DNA of 62,759 bases, the filler included, from Sphacelaria rigidula (Eukaryota): NCBI GenBank assembly GCA_964200075.2. It is 6 parts of 6 records of this genome, joined end to end, with 100 filler letters (N's around TTAATTAATTAA, not from the genome) between each part and the next. Parts side by side here need not be neighbours in the genome. Positions count along the whole stretch, not along the records: positions 1 to 10,377 come from CAXNAA020006617.1; positions 10,478 to 20,854 come from CAXNAA020006618.1; 4 more parts are not named here. One strand, 5' to 3'. The translations under genes and the position numbers were made by a program. The notes beneath the pieces were generated by a model that ran no database searches, had not been told where the DNA came from, and saw nothing but the letters and a program-made list of their open reading frames with translations. Below, piece by piece: positions 1 through 11,240 of the stretch. The stretch's first letter is position 1. Each line of letters opens with the position of its first letter.

Positions 1-71
1 CGTCTAGAATCGTTAGGAGCCTCTGAACCAGACAAAATTTCGCGAAAAAAGTGCACCCCTACCGTAGCATT
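1..71. mobile_element. Right end of MITE family A (copy truncated by the window edge)
   Basis: Near-identical to 3862-3931 and to the reverse complement of 1640-1710; ends in GTGCACCCCTACCGTAGCAT. Confidence 0.7.
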
Positions 72-114
72 GCTCCGGGGTGGAAGAACCTCAACTCCGC
101 ACAAAGGGGATCGA

Positions 115-440
115 AATACGTGGTATTGAGTTGGTGAGACATCCATGAGGCAGTGTATAAACCGTGGCTGTCTCTGGAAGTGGCGATACCAGGAAATGAA
201 GCAACTCATTGGAGGCTGACATCCATGCAAGATAATCAGTAGGCTTCGGATCGAACAATCTTAGCAAGATGTAGCTCAGCCTTCGCGCGACTCGCCGAAC
301 ACATCACGGCCCTTCGCGGTAGGTGATTGATTGCGAACCTGGTCCAGTGAAACCCGGCGTGCCCCGTCCCGGCTTTGGGGGGATGCGAGGCTAACAGTCA
401 TATCATGACAACGGCATGCAAGATCATGAGTACACCCCCA
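115..440 (+). repeat. Dispersed repeat family B (second copy about 58490-58820; related 3' ends near 52490 and, inverted, near 61270)
   Basis: Shared CCGTGGCTGTCTCTGGAAGTGG...AATGAAGCAACTCATTGGAGGCTG over about 300 nt, ending in ATCAYGAGTAYMCCCC followed by a C-rich tract. Confidence 0.75.
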
Positions 441-677
441 CATCCCCACACCACACCCCCACACATGCTTGGGAGTGTTGTGGGGATTTTTTCACTGGAC
501 ACAACCTTCAGGAGATACGAGTGCAGTACAAAAAGCGTGTCACCCTCAAGCTTTGGAGAAATCAGATCCGTGGTAGCACGTGTAATTTTCTGAGCGCCCA
601 AAGTGTCGACGAGTTTATCTGGTAGTTCCAGTTTGCACACGGTTTCTATTCCCCTTGCGCAACGCGCTTCGACTGAC

Positions 678-3600
678 CTGTCCCATGTACGCATCACCCG
701 AAGCGTGTTCGTACGTTCCCTCGCCCGTCATTTCGCCTTGGATCCACATGCCTGTTCCGAAAGCGTGCCCACGTTCCGCGGTAGAGGTATACAGCGCGTT
801 AAAAAGGTACACAATCATTATCCATTAGCGCCTGCCTTCGGCATTGTCTGATTAAACACGACCTGCCAGGTAACTGACTACAGTAGCACTTATCACCTCG
901 GTGATGTCACCGATCTACAGTTGAGTTCATTTTTTTCCCTACTTCAGCATTGGTATGGCCGAAACTCGCCAGTCATCCCCAAATTGAATAGGGTATTTCA
1001 GTGCGGGGTTGCTTCCCCGAGTCCGTGGAAACTCCGGTTCCTTTGCTTCACGAAAAGGGTGACGGCAATATAACCATAAAGCTCCACGACCGAACGAACA
1101 GAAGAACGCGGGAGGTCATTCGCTGTCACCATAAAAAAGCAACACCCTCCGTGGCTTTTTTGTGCTGCTTTGTGTATAGGTGCACGTGCTCTTTTGCTCG
1201 GGCACGCTTTTTAAACCTGAAGCCATCCTGCCGGGGCCCGCCCTCTTCTAGCTTAAAATTTCTGCTCGTTTTTCTCTGTTCCTTCCCCTTCCTTTTTTTG
1301 CTTGATTTAGTTGTTTCGTCGGTTTTGTTGTGCTGTTTTGCTTCTGCTTTTCTGTTTTTCAGTGTACTCCCTTTGTCTGCTCAATCCATCTGCTCTTTTT
1401 TTTTCCTCACTCCGCCTCTTCCTATAGCGAGGGTTTTCCATTTTGTTTACCTTGGGTATGTTCGTGTCGTGGATAATGACCATGGCCGGATACCTGGGGG
1501 ATTAACTATAGTAGTGCTGTGCGACAATCCATCCATCCATCCATCCGTCCATCCATCAAATACTCTCCAACGAGATGGGGTGCATCACATGCTTATCAGC
1601 AAATATCATGGAAACCGAACGCCATACAGGTCCAGAACAATGCTACGGTAGGGGTGCACTTTTTGCGCGATATCTTGTCTGGTTCAGGGGCTCCCAACGA
1701 TTCTAGATAGACGAGAATATGGGTCAGGGCATCCCCGTTTGCAAATCCATTCGGGATATCCCTAGCACATTGGAATAGTAAACCCTGGCGTGCTCTCACA
1801 TATCTCAGAAGTCGTGTTTTGGATGAGATAAAGGGCTCCTAGCAATTCCCATCTCAGAAAATATTTGTTCACCCCTACCGTGGCATCCGTCTACACGCGG
1901 TGTTGCATGCGAAGTCTACTCTGATGTGTCGACACGTTGCCCCTGGTGCGTGCCACAGGCTTCACATCTTGCGCGAGCGTCCCGCCTTGCCTTCGTACAC
2001 GTCACCGTTGGCGAACGTGAACTTCCCCCGACCGTGCCGCTTGCAACCTCGCCAATTTCCCTCGTACACCCCCCTGCCATCGGGAAACACGAACCGCTTG
2101 TACCCTTCACTTGGAGGGCCGAAATCAGGGACCCCGCGGTTCCAGGTACCTTTCGATAATACAGCACAACGGGCGATGCGGAGGGCGAGCTGATTGAGGC
2201 GACGTATTCGGGAATTCATCTGAGGTGTGCGGGCACCTGCCGGAGAGGTGGTCATGGACTGCGCGTTGCGGCAGCGAACGTTACTTTCTATATTGCGTTG
2301 TTTTTTACAATGATAAAGCTCAGCAAGAAGGAAATAGGACAGTCGGGGTTATTTTGCGACAAGGTTGCAGTGCTCGGATGTTTTTTTTTTCTTCCCGAGG
2401 ATAAGTGGAAACAAACCGTCAACCCGCGGATACACTGTAGAATCGAAAAAAAATAGTACAACACTCGCAGGTTGCGTGACAGCTTTATTTCCCCCCCCCA
2501 ACTTGTTTCTTGCAGAGATTACTGCAGCATAATCATCATGGTGATTGTTTTATCTCGGAAGACGTGGACTTTGCCGAGGTTTCGTGAATTTTCCATGTTG
2601 CAATATAGTATCAATCCTCAATAATACTTTGCGGAGTCTGGTGAGATGTGTTGCTACGGTCGTGAGACCCAAATATATATTTTTTCCCTTGGTTTTTGGT
2701 CCCGAGCGCTTTCAGACGTCCTCGCAGTCACAGGTTTTGAGCGCAGTAGAAAAATATCAGGGGAAAACGAGGAATACTCGTCGTCGCCCCGCAGGCTTCC
2801 GAACAATCAGGTATCGAGAGCTGGCCGCTCCCCTGCATGGTGGTGACTTCGTTTGAGCTGTTTTCCACGGTGCACAGCGATCAACCTTCGAACCAGGCGT
2901 TCGCTTCCTCGGATATTCTTGCAGATTCGTCACTAGTATAGAGTTTCGGAAAACGCTATTTTTGTCATTTCAGAGTGCAGATATCTCAGGGTCAGAGTGC
3001 AGATATCTCAGGGTCAGAGTGCAGAATTGAAAAAAAAAAAACACGTCATCGAAAAAAATGAAGAGGATACCACATTTGACGGAGGGGGGAATACTTTTTT
3101 TCGTTACACTCTGATCCTGAGGTATTTGCACTCTGACATGACAAAAAGGAGCGTTTTCCGAAACTCTGTAACGTCCAATGGCAAGTGATCTGTGCATCGT
3201 ACTCTAAGCCGGTAACGGCAAATGGTCGATACATTGCCGGTACGATACGATATTATATCGTATCGGTCCGATATATCGGTGTTTATCGGTAACGATATAC
3301 AATCGTTGAAACCGAGTCGTTCTACGGTAGGGGTGCACATTTTAGTTTTTGTGGGGCTCTTCGCTGTAGGAGCCTCTCAATGACGGAGTGGTTCTACCGT
3401 AGGGGTGCACTATTTGTGTCTTAGGCTCTGCACTTTATTTAGGAGCCTCTCAATGACAAACATCTGGGCCTCAGTGTGCAGCCCCAGGAAACTTTTGGGC
3501 TAAAAAGTGCATCCCTACCGTAGAACCCCTCGACAAATATCTGGGCCGTGGTGTGCAACCTCGGAAAACGTTCGTCCTGAAAGGTGCATCCCTGCCGAAG

Positions 3601-6600
3601 AACCATTCAACCCCATTTTCGTGAGGGGTGTTTTCAACCGTATCTTGATCCTGTAACACGTATTCTGGACTGCAGGGCAAGAGGGATGCTACGGTAGAGG
3701 CGCACAAATATTTTCTGAGCTTTGAAGTTTGAGAAGCCCTTTGTCTCATCCAAAACACGACAAATGAACTATGTGAGAGTACGCTAGGATCACTAGTCCA
3801 ACGTGCTAGGGATGTCCCAAATGAATTTGCAAACGGGGGTGCCCTGACCCACGTTTTTGTGCATCTAGAATCTTTAGGAGCCCCTGAACCAGACAACATT
3901 TCGCGCAAAGAGTGCACCCCTACCGTAGCATTGCTCGCAACAGACACGTATAAATCAGAAAAACTGGGGCTACACGACAACCACAACGATCCGGGTTTGT
4001 TCGGCTGAGCGAAAATACCGACGGCCCAGAAGGTGGGGCTGTGTACTCGGAGGAACCCCGACCACCGGGTAACCCGCAAGTCCTTCAAAATGTAATTAGA
4101 AACGTTTGTTTTCGGAATCAGTGCTGAGCATCGGGTACTAATACTATCTCTCGATTCCCAAACTCTGGGATAAAACGATCCCCGCGATGGGTGACTGTGC
4201 ACGCCAACACGAAAAAGAAAAATTCTTTCAACTAAGGGTCGACTGGGAGAAAAAATCTGGACACGTGGGCCCCATGATCGAAATTTTGAGTTTTTGAGGG
4301 GGGGGGGGGGGGGGCATCCAGCATGTTATCCCCTAGTTATATAGCCGAGGTGTTGGTGGATGCCGTCAGCTGCTGTGTACACAGATCCTTGCTGGCATGA
4401 AACCCGCTGAGATGGCGGACACGTTCCCCCCCATGCTCATCTTATACCGGGAGATAGATGGTGGCCACAGACGGCGAAACAGGACGGGAATGAGATAATA
4501 CGTGATATGATTTTATGTAATGTATGGAAGAAAGGTAATGAGAACCATAATGTTAGAAATGTTAGAAGAGGTGTCTCTATCAGGAGTAGGAACGGTGCCC
4601 CGTCTCGAAAGGGATGCATGGTCGATGGTCAAACGACTAAGACAAGCAACAAATGAGTACACCCCCCCGCCCCCGCCCCCCATGCTTCAGCAGCTTCCTC
4701 TACTAGCGAAGGCCCCGTTGTATCTTCTGGAGCAGCCGCTGCCCCGCTCGCCGGCAAGACGTGAGGAAATGTTGCTACGTTGGCTACAGGCTGTAACTAC
4801 GGTGCGCTCGTGTGCGTACATGTGTGTAAGCGTGGCCGGCATCCGAGTTCATGGGGACAGAGCGTGCAAGGAGCAGAAGCAAAAAGACGAACGTCGCAAG
4901 CCACACCAGCTTTTTCGGTTTTTGTCGGTCGGTGTTTCTTGATGAATTCCTTCAACAATATGTAACATAAATATTCGAAGAATGGTGACAATTTTCCAGG
5001 GATATGTACGGATAAAACGTGGTTCTACGGATTGAAGACTATAGCGTCAGAATGAGAAAAAAAGACATAGAAAAAAAAGAGGACAAGAAAAAGTAACCAG
5101 CAAGGGGACTCGATCCGTCCGTGCACATTCCGTTTCCAATGGATTCATAGTTCGGCTCCTGCAACGGATTCACAGCGTAATCCGCTCGCGACGAAATTTT
5201 ATTGGATTTTGTACCGCGTTTTATTTTTTTCCAAATAGCTCCTGAGTGAGGAACACGATGTATTTTGCAACCCGAACACGCTGGTTCGATTCCTCTTGTC
5301 AGCATCTTGTTTTTTTCGCCCTGTTTTTTTGCCTCAAACTCGTTATACTGTTGACCTCAGAGCAACAAGAAAAAAAGAGTGCGATTTACTACGTATACAT
5401 CCCTGCAATTTTCGAAAAAATTCCCTCCGGAAGGGGGGTGGAGCAATGTGTGTTGCGACGGTTTAAGAGACTCTCAAACCATTTCATAAGTTAGACGTGA
5501 GGGTGCGATCCCCTTCAATTTCACTCCGAGGAGGGCGACTGCCCTTGCCTGCACTTTATCAACTGCCATCAAGTGTCGCTAGTTTTGTCACTTGTCCCCG
5601 TAACTTGGAGTTACTCATCTCCCCCATTCATTTCCAGAGTGTGTGCACTGGGGGCCTTAGCAGTATACTCCTCACATAGCCACCAGGCTGTACCCCTACC
5701 CCGCCCTATTTCTTTGGGCCAATTTTTTACAGAGGTCTTCTCTCCTCTTCTCTTCTTCAAAGAATGTGCGTCCGACAGTAATCGAACCGACGACTAACTT
5801 TTGTGACTGGTTAAGACAACCAACTAGACTACTGACCAGTCAGCGCTGACTGGTCAGTAGTCGCTGACTGGTCAGTAGTTGGTTGTCTTTTAAACCGTCA
5901 CAGTGTCCAGAATTTTTCTCCCGCGCAGACCCGTGTTTCAACCGAAAAATCTTCGAATCGTGGCTACTTGCATACTAGCCAAAAGAGGTACAGCCACGTT
6001 GACTCGCTGTGCTGAGGGGATTTGCCGTCCAGGACTTTTATAGAGTAGTAAGAATGAACAGTTATTTGGACATTCTCACCTGCAAGTACCCTTCCTTTCA
6101 CTTCAAGTGTACCCTCGCCGTGCATCTTGCCGTTTCCCCAGCTGCCTGTGTACCGCTCGCCGCCGGGAAAGGTACAGGTACCTTCGCCATGCCGTTCGCC
6201 CCGATGAAAGTCTCCTTCATAGATGCACCCATTCGCTGCGATGACATTCAATTGAGGTCTTCTTGGATTATTTGCGGCGAGAGAAAAATGGATCTGGGGC
6301 ATGCATGTCGCACAACATTGATACTACGGTACACCTGTTGCGAGCACCCACCGATGTACTCGTACACCTACCGCTACCACCGTGCCATTCTTCGCAGTGA
6401 AACAAGATAGTATCTACCAGCGAAGTATTGTCTGATGAGTACACGAATGTACTTGTACCAGAGTTGCCAGGTGGTCTGTAAGTGCTGGTGCATTTGTTGA
6501 CATTCTTTCGCAGACAATCGTTCAAGCCGAGTAATAATGGCGATACGTGCCGTCAAGGTCATCAGCTTAGTAAGCACTCCTCGTACGAGTAGCTTACCCC

Positions 6601-6706
6601 ATTCGAGAGTGCCGTGACCGTGAAACAATCCCCGCTCCCAACCACCCTCGAAACTCGTCCCATCCTCGAAGGCGTGCCGCTTCTTGCGGCTCACCTTGCC
6701 CACCAT
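678..6706 (-). CDS. MORN-repeat protein, spliced, 3' end runs off the window. Exons 6706-6598, 6235-6080, 2149-1991, 751-678
   Basis: Joined translation gives consecutive MORN motifs (FEDGTSFEGGWERGLFHGHGTLEW/ANGCIYEGDFHRGERHGEGTCTFPGGERYTGSWGNGKMHGEG.../VYEGNWRGCKRHGRGKFTFANGDVYEG/MWIQGEMTGEGTYEHASGDAYMGQ). Exon lengths 109/156/159/74 nt keep frame with phase 1,1,1,0 introns; AG acceptors and GT donors, except a GC donor at 1990. ATG at 6706 assumed to be the start. Confidence 0.88.
1640..1886. mobile_element. MITE family A, about 247 bp, in a MORN intron
   Basis: Terminal inverted repeats ATGCTACGGTAGGGGTGCAC / GTTCACCCCTACCGTGGCAT; full-length inverted homolog at 3686-3931. Confidence 0.75.
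2937..3170. mobile_element. Fold-back MITE with roughly 60-bp inverted arms
   Basis: AGAGTTTCGGAAAACGCT...TGTCATTTCAGAGTGCAGATATCTCAGG pairs with CCTGAGGTATTTGCACTCTGACATGACA...AGCGTTTTCCGAAACTCT; the left arm carries a 22-bp tandem duplication. Confidence 0.7.
3686..3931. mobile_element. MITE family A, inverted copy
   Basis: Reverse-complement homolog of 1640-1886 with the same TIRs; extra copies of the CTACGGTAGGGGTGCAC motif at about 3322, 3394 and 3507. Confidence 0.75.
4437..4680 (+). repeat. Dispersed repeat family C (inverted copy about 13225-13490; 3' fragment 58843-58920)
   Basis: Shared CTCGAAAGGGATGCRTGGTC..TGGTCAAAYGACTAAGRCAAGCAACAAATGAGTACRCCCC ending in poly-C. Confidence 0.75.
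5802..5901. repeat. About 100-bp palindrome with a perfect 36-bp core
   Basis: GACTACTGACCAGTCAGC|GCTGACTGGTCAGTAGTC (5827-5862) is a perfect palindrome; an extra 18-bp half-unit follows; outer arms AAGACAACCAACTA / TAGTTGGTTGTCTT. Confidence 0.85.
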
Positions 6707-7841
6707 TTCACTGCACTTCGCCGCTGAATCTCGTGATTATCCTTTCACTTTGACAGCTGGCGTCAACTTATTATGTACAAAGGAGAGCGAAAGCAGTGGG
6801 AAGATGGGCAAGCTGCGCAGAACTTGCTGTCAAATCCAGTACGCACCGATTACTTGAGATACAGTCTACATACTACTGTTGCAATGTCTACATACTGCTG
6901 TTGCGATGCCATTCGGTAACCATCTGAAACTGCAACCGATTATGCAGAAGATTTTGGCTCACCCGGTGTGTATTTATTAAGTCAGCTGTATCTTGGGCCT
7001 GCTAGTGCACCGTGTATACAAATGGAACTTCGCAAAGGAAATGCAACAAAAATGATGACAGTAATCGACGTACTCTACTGTTGCGAGGAACAAGATCTTG
7101 AAATAAATGTTCCGAAATATATATTGAGTGGATACGGCGGACTTTCTGGTCGGTCGGTGCAAAATTGTGCGCGGAGAATACTGCAGACTGTACAATACTA
7201 ACTATACGAAAAAGTAACACGCTATTACTATTGACTACAATTAATCTGAGTGTGCGGTGGCCGCGATTGGTTTGCAGGGGTAAATCCTGGTGACACCTTC
7301 CGAAAAGACCATGATGATGAATGTGTCCCGCCGTTTGTTTGGAATCCATACTGTATGATTTTTTTTTGTGCATGTTGGATTTTGCCCCGCTGATACACTC
7401 TACAGTATACAGACAGTAGTGTAGGCAGGACATCCTATCCTTTTCCCTCTTCCCCATCGGTTGGATCCCTCGATCCCTCGATTTATCCTTAAGTACCCAT
7501 CGCTCCTCCAGCAGGAGTAGTAGTAGTAAGTAGTTACGTGGGTGGGTGAGTCTGACCTGAGGTCCAACCTTCTTGTGGCACCCGGAAAACAAGAAACGAT
7601 ATCAGAGTAAAACAGCACTGGTACAGCTGGCAATATTTACTGCAGATGCTGTGCATGTGTTCTTCATATCCATGTTCATGCTCCTGTTGGATTTCAAGCT
7701 GCTAGCCTCGTCTGTCCTACAGAAATTTTGGTATGGGATCGCGGGTCCTACTTATGATTCCAAAGTGATAACAAAAAACATTGAAAATTCATTCTCCTGA
7801 CCGGCTCTTCAGCATGCTGCCTGCCTTGTATAGCGGACCAC

Positions 7842-8266
7842 ATGCGCTTTCGAGGCCCTACTCTTCTCCCACTTGTACTCGTGAACTTTAACAGATATTA
7901 TTTACTTTGTCTCGCGTGGAAAAAAGTCATTCCCGCAGTATTACGCACCACTCCAACCTTCCACAGCAGGCTTCCTTCAGCCAGAACGTCGACAATAATC
8001 ATGGTCGTATCGGATGATCCCCCGCCTGCTGTCACAGCAACGTCCGCATCAACTCCTGGGGTGAAATCTACCCCTTTGCTGCCAGAGATTCGTAACGGTG
8101 AAAGCGGCGTAGCTGTGGCGGCGACAACGGTGGTTGACGGTGGGGTCAAGCGTGCGCGGCTGGCGGGAGGTCGCTCGCCATCTAATATGCCACCGTTGTC
8201 CGAGGCAGAGTTGCACCCAACGGTGGGCGAATTCCCTGTGGACTACGCCATGCACCAGACGAACAG
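7842..8266 (+). CDS. Possible first coding exon of an unidentified gene divergent from the MORN gene
   Basis: 148-aa ORF with hydrophobic N-terminus, then a S/T/P/A-rich segment; candidate donor AACAG|GTTTG at 8266/8267. No family recognised, and the antisense frame is also open. Confidence 0.35.
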
Positions 8267-8700
8267 GTTTGCCCATCTCTATAAATAGAGCAAGCGATAG
8301 TGAGAGGGGTTCTCATTGGTTGAGATTGTTTTCGGTTTTGATGCGCGCAATCGTGCATCGCAGCACGAGCTCATCTCTGACCAGGTGTGCAATCGTTCAG
8401 AGTTCAACCCCAACCCGTCGCCAGATCCTCGTGGCTGAGTACTACTGTGGTGCTTTCCGTTCTTCAGTTTCAGTGTGAAAACATCTACAATATATGGATC
8501 CATTGTTGTATAGTATTCGATCTTCCTTGTAACGGTCCCAGGTGCTCGCAGTACGCGTTCTTGCTCCAAGGGGCGCCGAGTTGAGTTCTATCAACTCACA
8601 CTTCGCCTGGGGCGCCCGCTGTATCTCCTGTGCGTGAGATACCTCGTTCTACTTTGGATAACGGCCTGGATAAACGTACCCCCAAGCATCCAATTTACAT

Positions 8701-9824
8701 GAAGGGCAATGACCTAGAAAAGGTATACCTTCTCGTTTTCTCCCCTAAGATTGGTACGAAAAATGGCCACACAAGCGACAACAGCCAGACGCGCCATTTT
8801 GACCGTTTTCGCTCCGCATCTTTCACGCACATCATTCGGGGGGGACATTGGCACCCGGACCTCGAAAAAAAACGGGAAAAAAACATGTTACTCGAGAGAA
8901 ATGGCCACGCGAAAACGAACATTTCGCCCCCAGAAACCGCTCACCTTTCCTAGGCCAAATTTCGCCCAGGTATACCTGATCTAGGAATTTTTTTTCTATC
9001 ACACCTTAGCTGGGCCACCGATCGGCCGAAAACGTGCCTGTACTAGGCCATGGCTCTCTACACTGTACCTGATGCGGCACATCACGCGCAAGGGAGTCTA
9101 CGCGCCAACTTCAACCATGGCGCCCACACATTCGGCTCTTTTCCCGCTCAGTTACCGTTCACGAACGCCACAACGGCCACGTCCTTTTCTCCCCGGAAAT
9201 GGTTCCCGAGTCTCTCCGCATCGACACAATAACTGGACTCACAACTCACAGCGCGTCGGTCTTTTGTGATGCGGCGGGTTGCGAAACACCACCGGTCCGT
9301 TGCGATCTCGGGGCTGGTGTCAGGGTCAAGCTAGGCTCTTCCGTCACCAACGGGCGGTTGTCGCATCATCGATGGTTGGTTCAAGCAACGGATACAGTAC
9401 TGGCGGTCACACATATAGAAATAGGGACAGGATACTGAAGGCGTTCAGCACTACAGTACACAGCAACGTACGCCCGCGCTTGCAACCATTGATGCGGAAC
9501 ATACACTCGATATCTTTCTTGTCTTCGTCGATAACCTGCCCCTGCCAGCGATACACGCCTTGCCTGCTACCGCCTGGGCCGATTTTTATGCTGCGGCTAT
9601 CCGATGGCAGCATTTGCGCAACAGCCTTCGTAATAGTTTGCTTACTGGCATAGATGTCGCCGGCAGACACCTTAGCCGCCTTCACACGAGGAGGTCCATG
9701 TACGGGCTTGTCAGAAGACATATCTTTAACGGACACAATCCGAGCTTCTCGCTGGCCGTTGGTGATTGCTGTGCATGTGTGCTGAAATTTTGTTCCGACC
9801 AATTCTACAAGTATCGCTACCCCT
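8701..9824. mobile_element. About 1.1-kb non-autonomous DNA-transposon-like element, family D (second copy 50966-52041; partial inverted copy about 10040-10377)
   Basis: High similarity of 8701-9480 to 50966-51740; both copies begin GGGCAATG.CCTAGAAAA and end AAGTATCGCTACCCCT (imperfect inverted termini); a decayed minus-strand ORF at 9407-9750 may be a transposase N-terminal relic. Confidence 0.7.
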
Positions 9825-10377
9825 AACCGTAACCCCAACCCAACGCAAACCGAGAACCCTCGGACAAGGGCGGTACATAGCATTCCCTCGGCAGAGTGCG
9901 GCCTTTGCAGACCCCAAGTCGGCTCCTGTGGCTCCTGGGATCGCCGATTTTGACGAAAACGCATTCTGCGCACACGAGGAGCACACGGGGCTGTCAGCCG
10001 TACTAAAGATCCGATTCTCGTTGTGCACACTCTAATCAAGTGATATCGACCATAAATATTTGTAGCCCAGCGCCGACTATCTCTACTGGCACAACTCGCG
10101 ATATATCGTCAGTTCGAACGAGCTGAAGTAAAGTGAGCTTCTTAGGCGGCCCAGCCGCTACGACCTTACTGTAGCAGCGAAGAAGGGAAGAAGATGGGTG
10201 TCGTGATGTTCGGATTAATTGAGCAATTTGAAGTACTCCCAACGACGATTCACGCGGGCTCGGTAGGGTGTGCGTGCCTACAGTACTGTATCCGTTGCTT
10301 GAACCAACCATCGATGATGCGACAACCGCCCGTGGGTGACGGAAGAGCCTAGCTTGACCCGCACACCAGCCCCGCGA

Positions 10378-10477
10378 NNNNNNNNNNNNNNNNNNNNNNN
10401 NNNNNNNNNNNNNNNNNNNNNTTAATTAATTAANNNNNNNNNNNNNNNNNNNNNNNNNNNNNNNNNNNNNNNNNNNN
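10378..10477. other. Artificial linker N44-TTAATTAATTAA-N44
   Basis: Identical 100-nt spacer with stops in all six frames, recurring every 10476-10477 nt. Confidence 0.97.
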
Positions 10478-11240
10478 CGAGTCGCATGAAGGGTGAGCTT
10501 CATCCTGCTAAGATTTCTCGGCCCGAGGCCTACTGATCATCTTGTATTCGAATGACAGCCTACAATGAGGAGGGGACTGATGATGCGAATGTACTACCCC
10601 CTCCCCTTTTTAGCAGGCAGGGCCCACGAGAGAGCCAGTCTGCGTATCGAAAGTATCGGCTTACCAGCTCGCGATTCCGATACCGAGAATTGCCGAAAAT
10701 CTCGATCGATACTCGATATTTCGATACTCAATTCTCAACACTGGTAGATAACACAAGCGGACGAACCCCCCCAGAACCAACGGCGGGTAAGATGTGGTCC
10801 AGGGTACGCTAACATGTCAGGTACATTGTGTCCATCGTGTCCATTGTGTTTGGTGTAAGGATTATATGTCGATTCGCCAACCTCAAATGCAACTGAGCGG
10901 TCCGTCACTGCAGGAACACTCTAGTTCTCGACAAAACCGGCAAAGCGATAACGTGTATTGTAGAGAGATGGACGGACCGCTAGAATGAGCTACTGTATCT
11001 TGCAACACGACACAAGCCAGGCGTCAACTCCCTGCGGTGGGTTCTTGTGTTGTATTGATGTATATCCGAACATAAACGCACGTTTCGACGGTAAAAACCC
11101 GCGAAGAATTCTCTGATCGTGACTGTGTGCCCCGGTACCGAAAGATGCAACAAGCAATTCCGAGTACGAGCAGTTGATACGTCGGATTAATTGCGTCTTC
11201 ATGCCATCGTCCTCCCCCAGTGCAGTCTGACATTTCTTAC

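Noticed and set aside
1001-1651. 216-aa hydrophobic ORF as a membrane protein
   Set aside because: It results from T-rich low-complexity intron sequence antisense to the MORN gene; no family features.
1962-2255. Separate MORN gene starting at ATG 2255
   Set aside because: The acceptor at 2150/2149 joins in phase with the 6080 exon and completes a MORN motif, so a single gene is simpler.
3471-4202. 243-aa minus-strand ORF
   Set aside because: It runs through MITE family A and neighbouring repeats; no recognisable domain.
5236-5305. Functional tRNA-Cys
   Set aside because: Acceptor, anticodon and T stems do not pair adequately.
9820-9842. Telomere-like CCCTAA repeats (also 36883-36897)
   Set aside because: Only two or three degenerate units; not a telomere array.
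10422-10433. TTAATTAATTAA as a biological motif or piggyBac target site
   Set aside because: It is always embedded in exactly 44+44 N at fixed spacing, so it is a synthetic six-frame stop linker.
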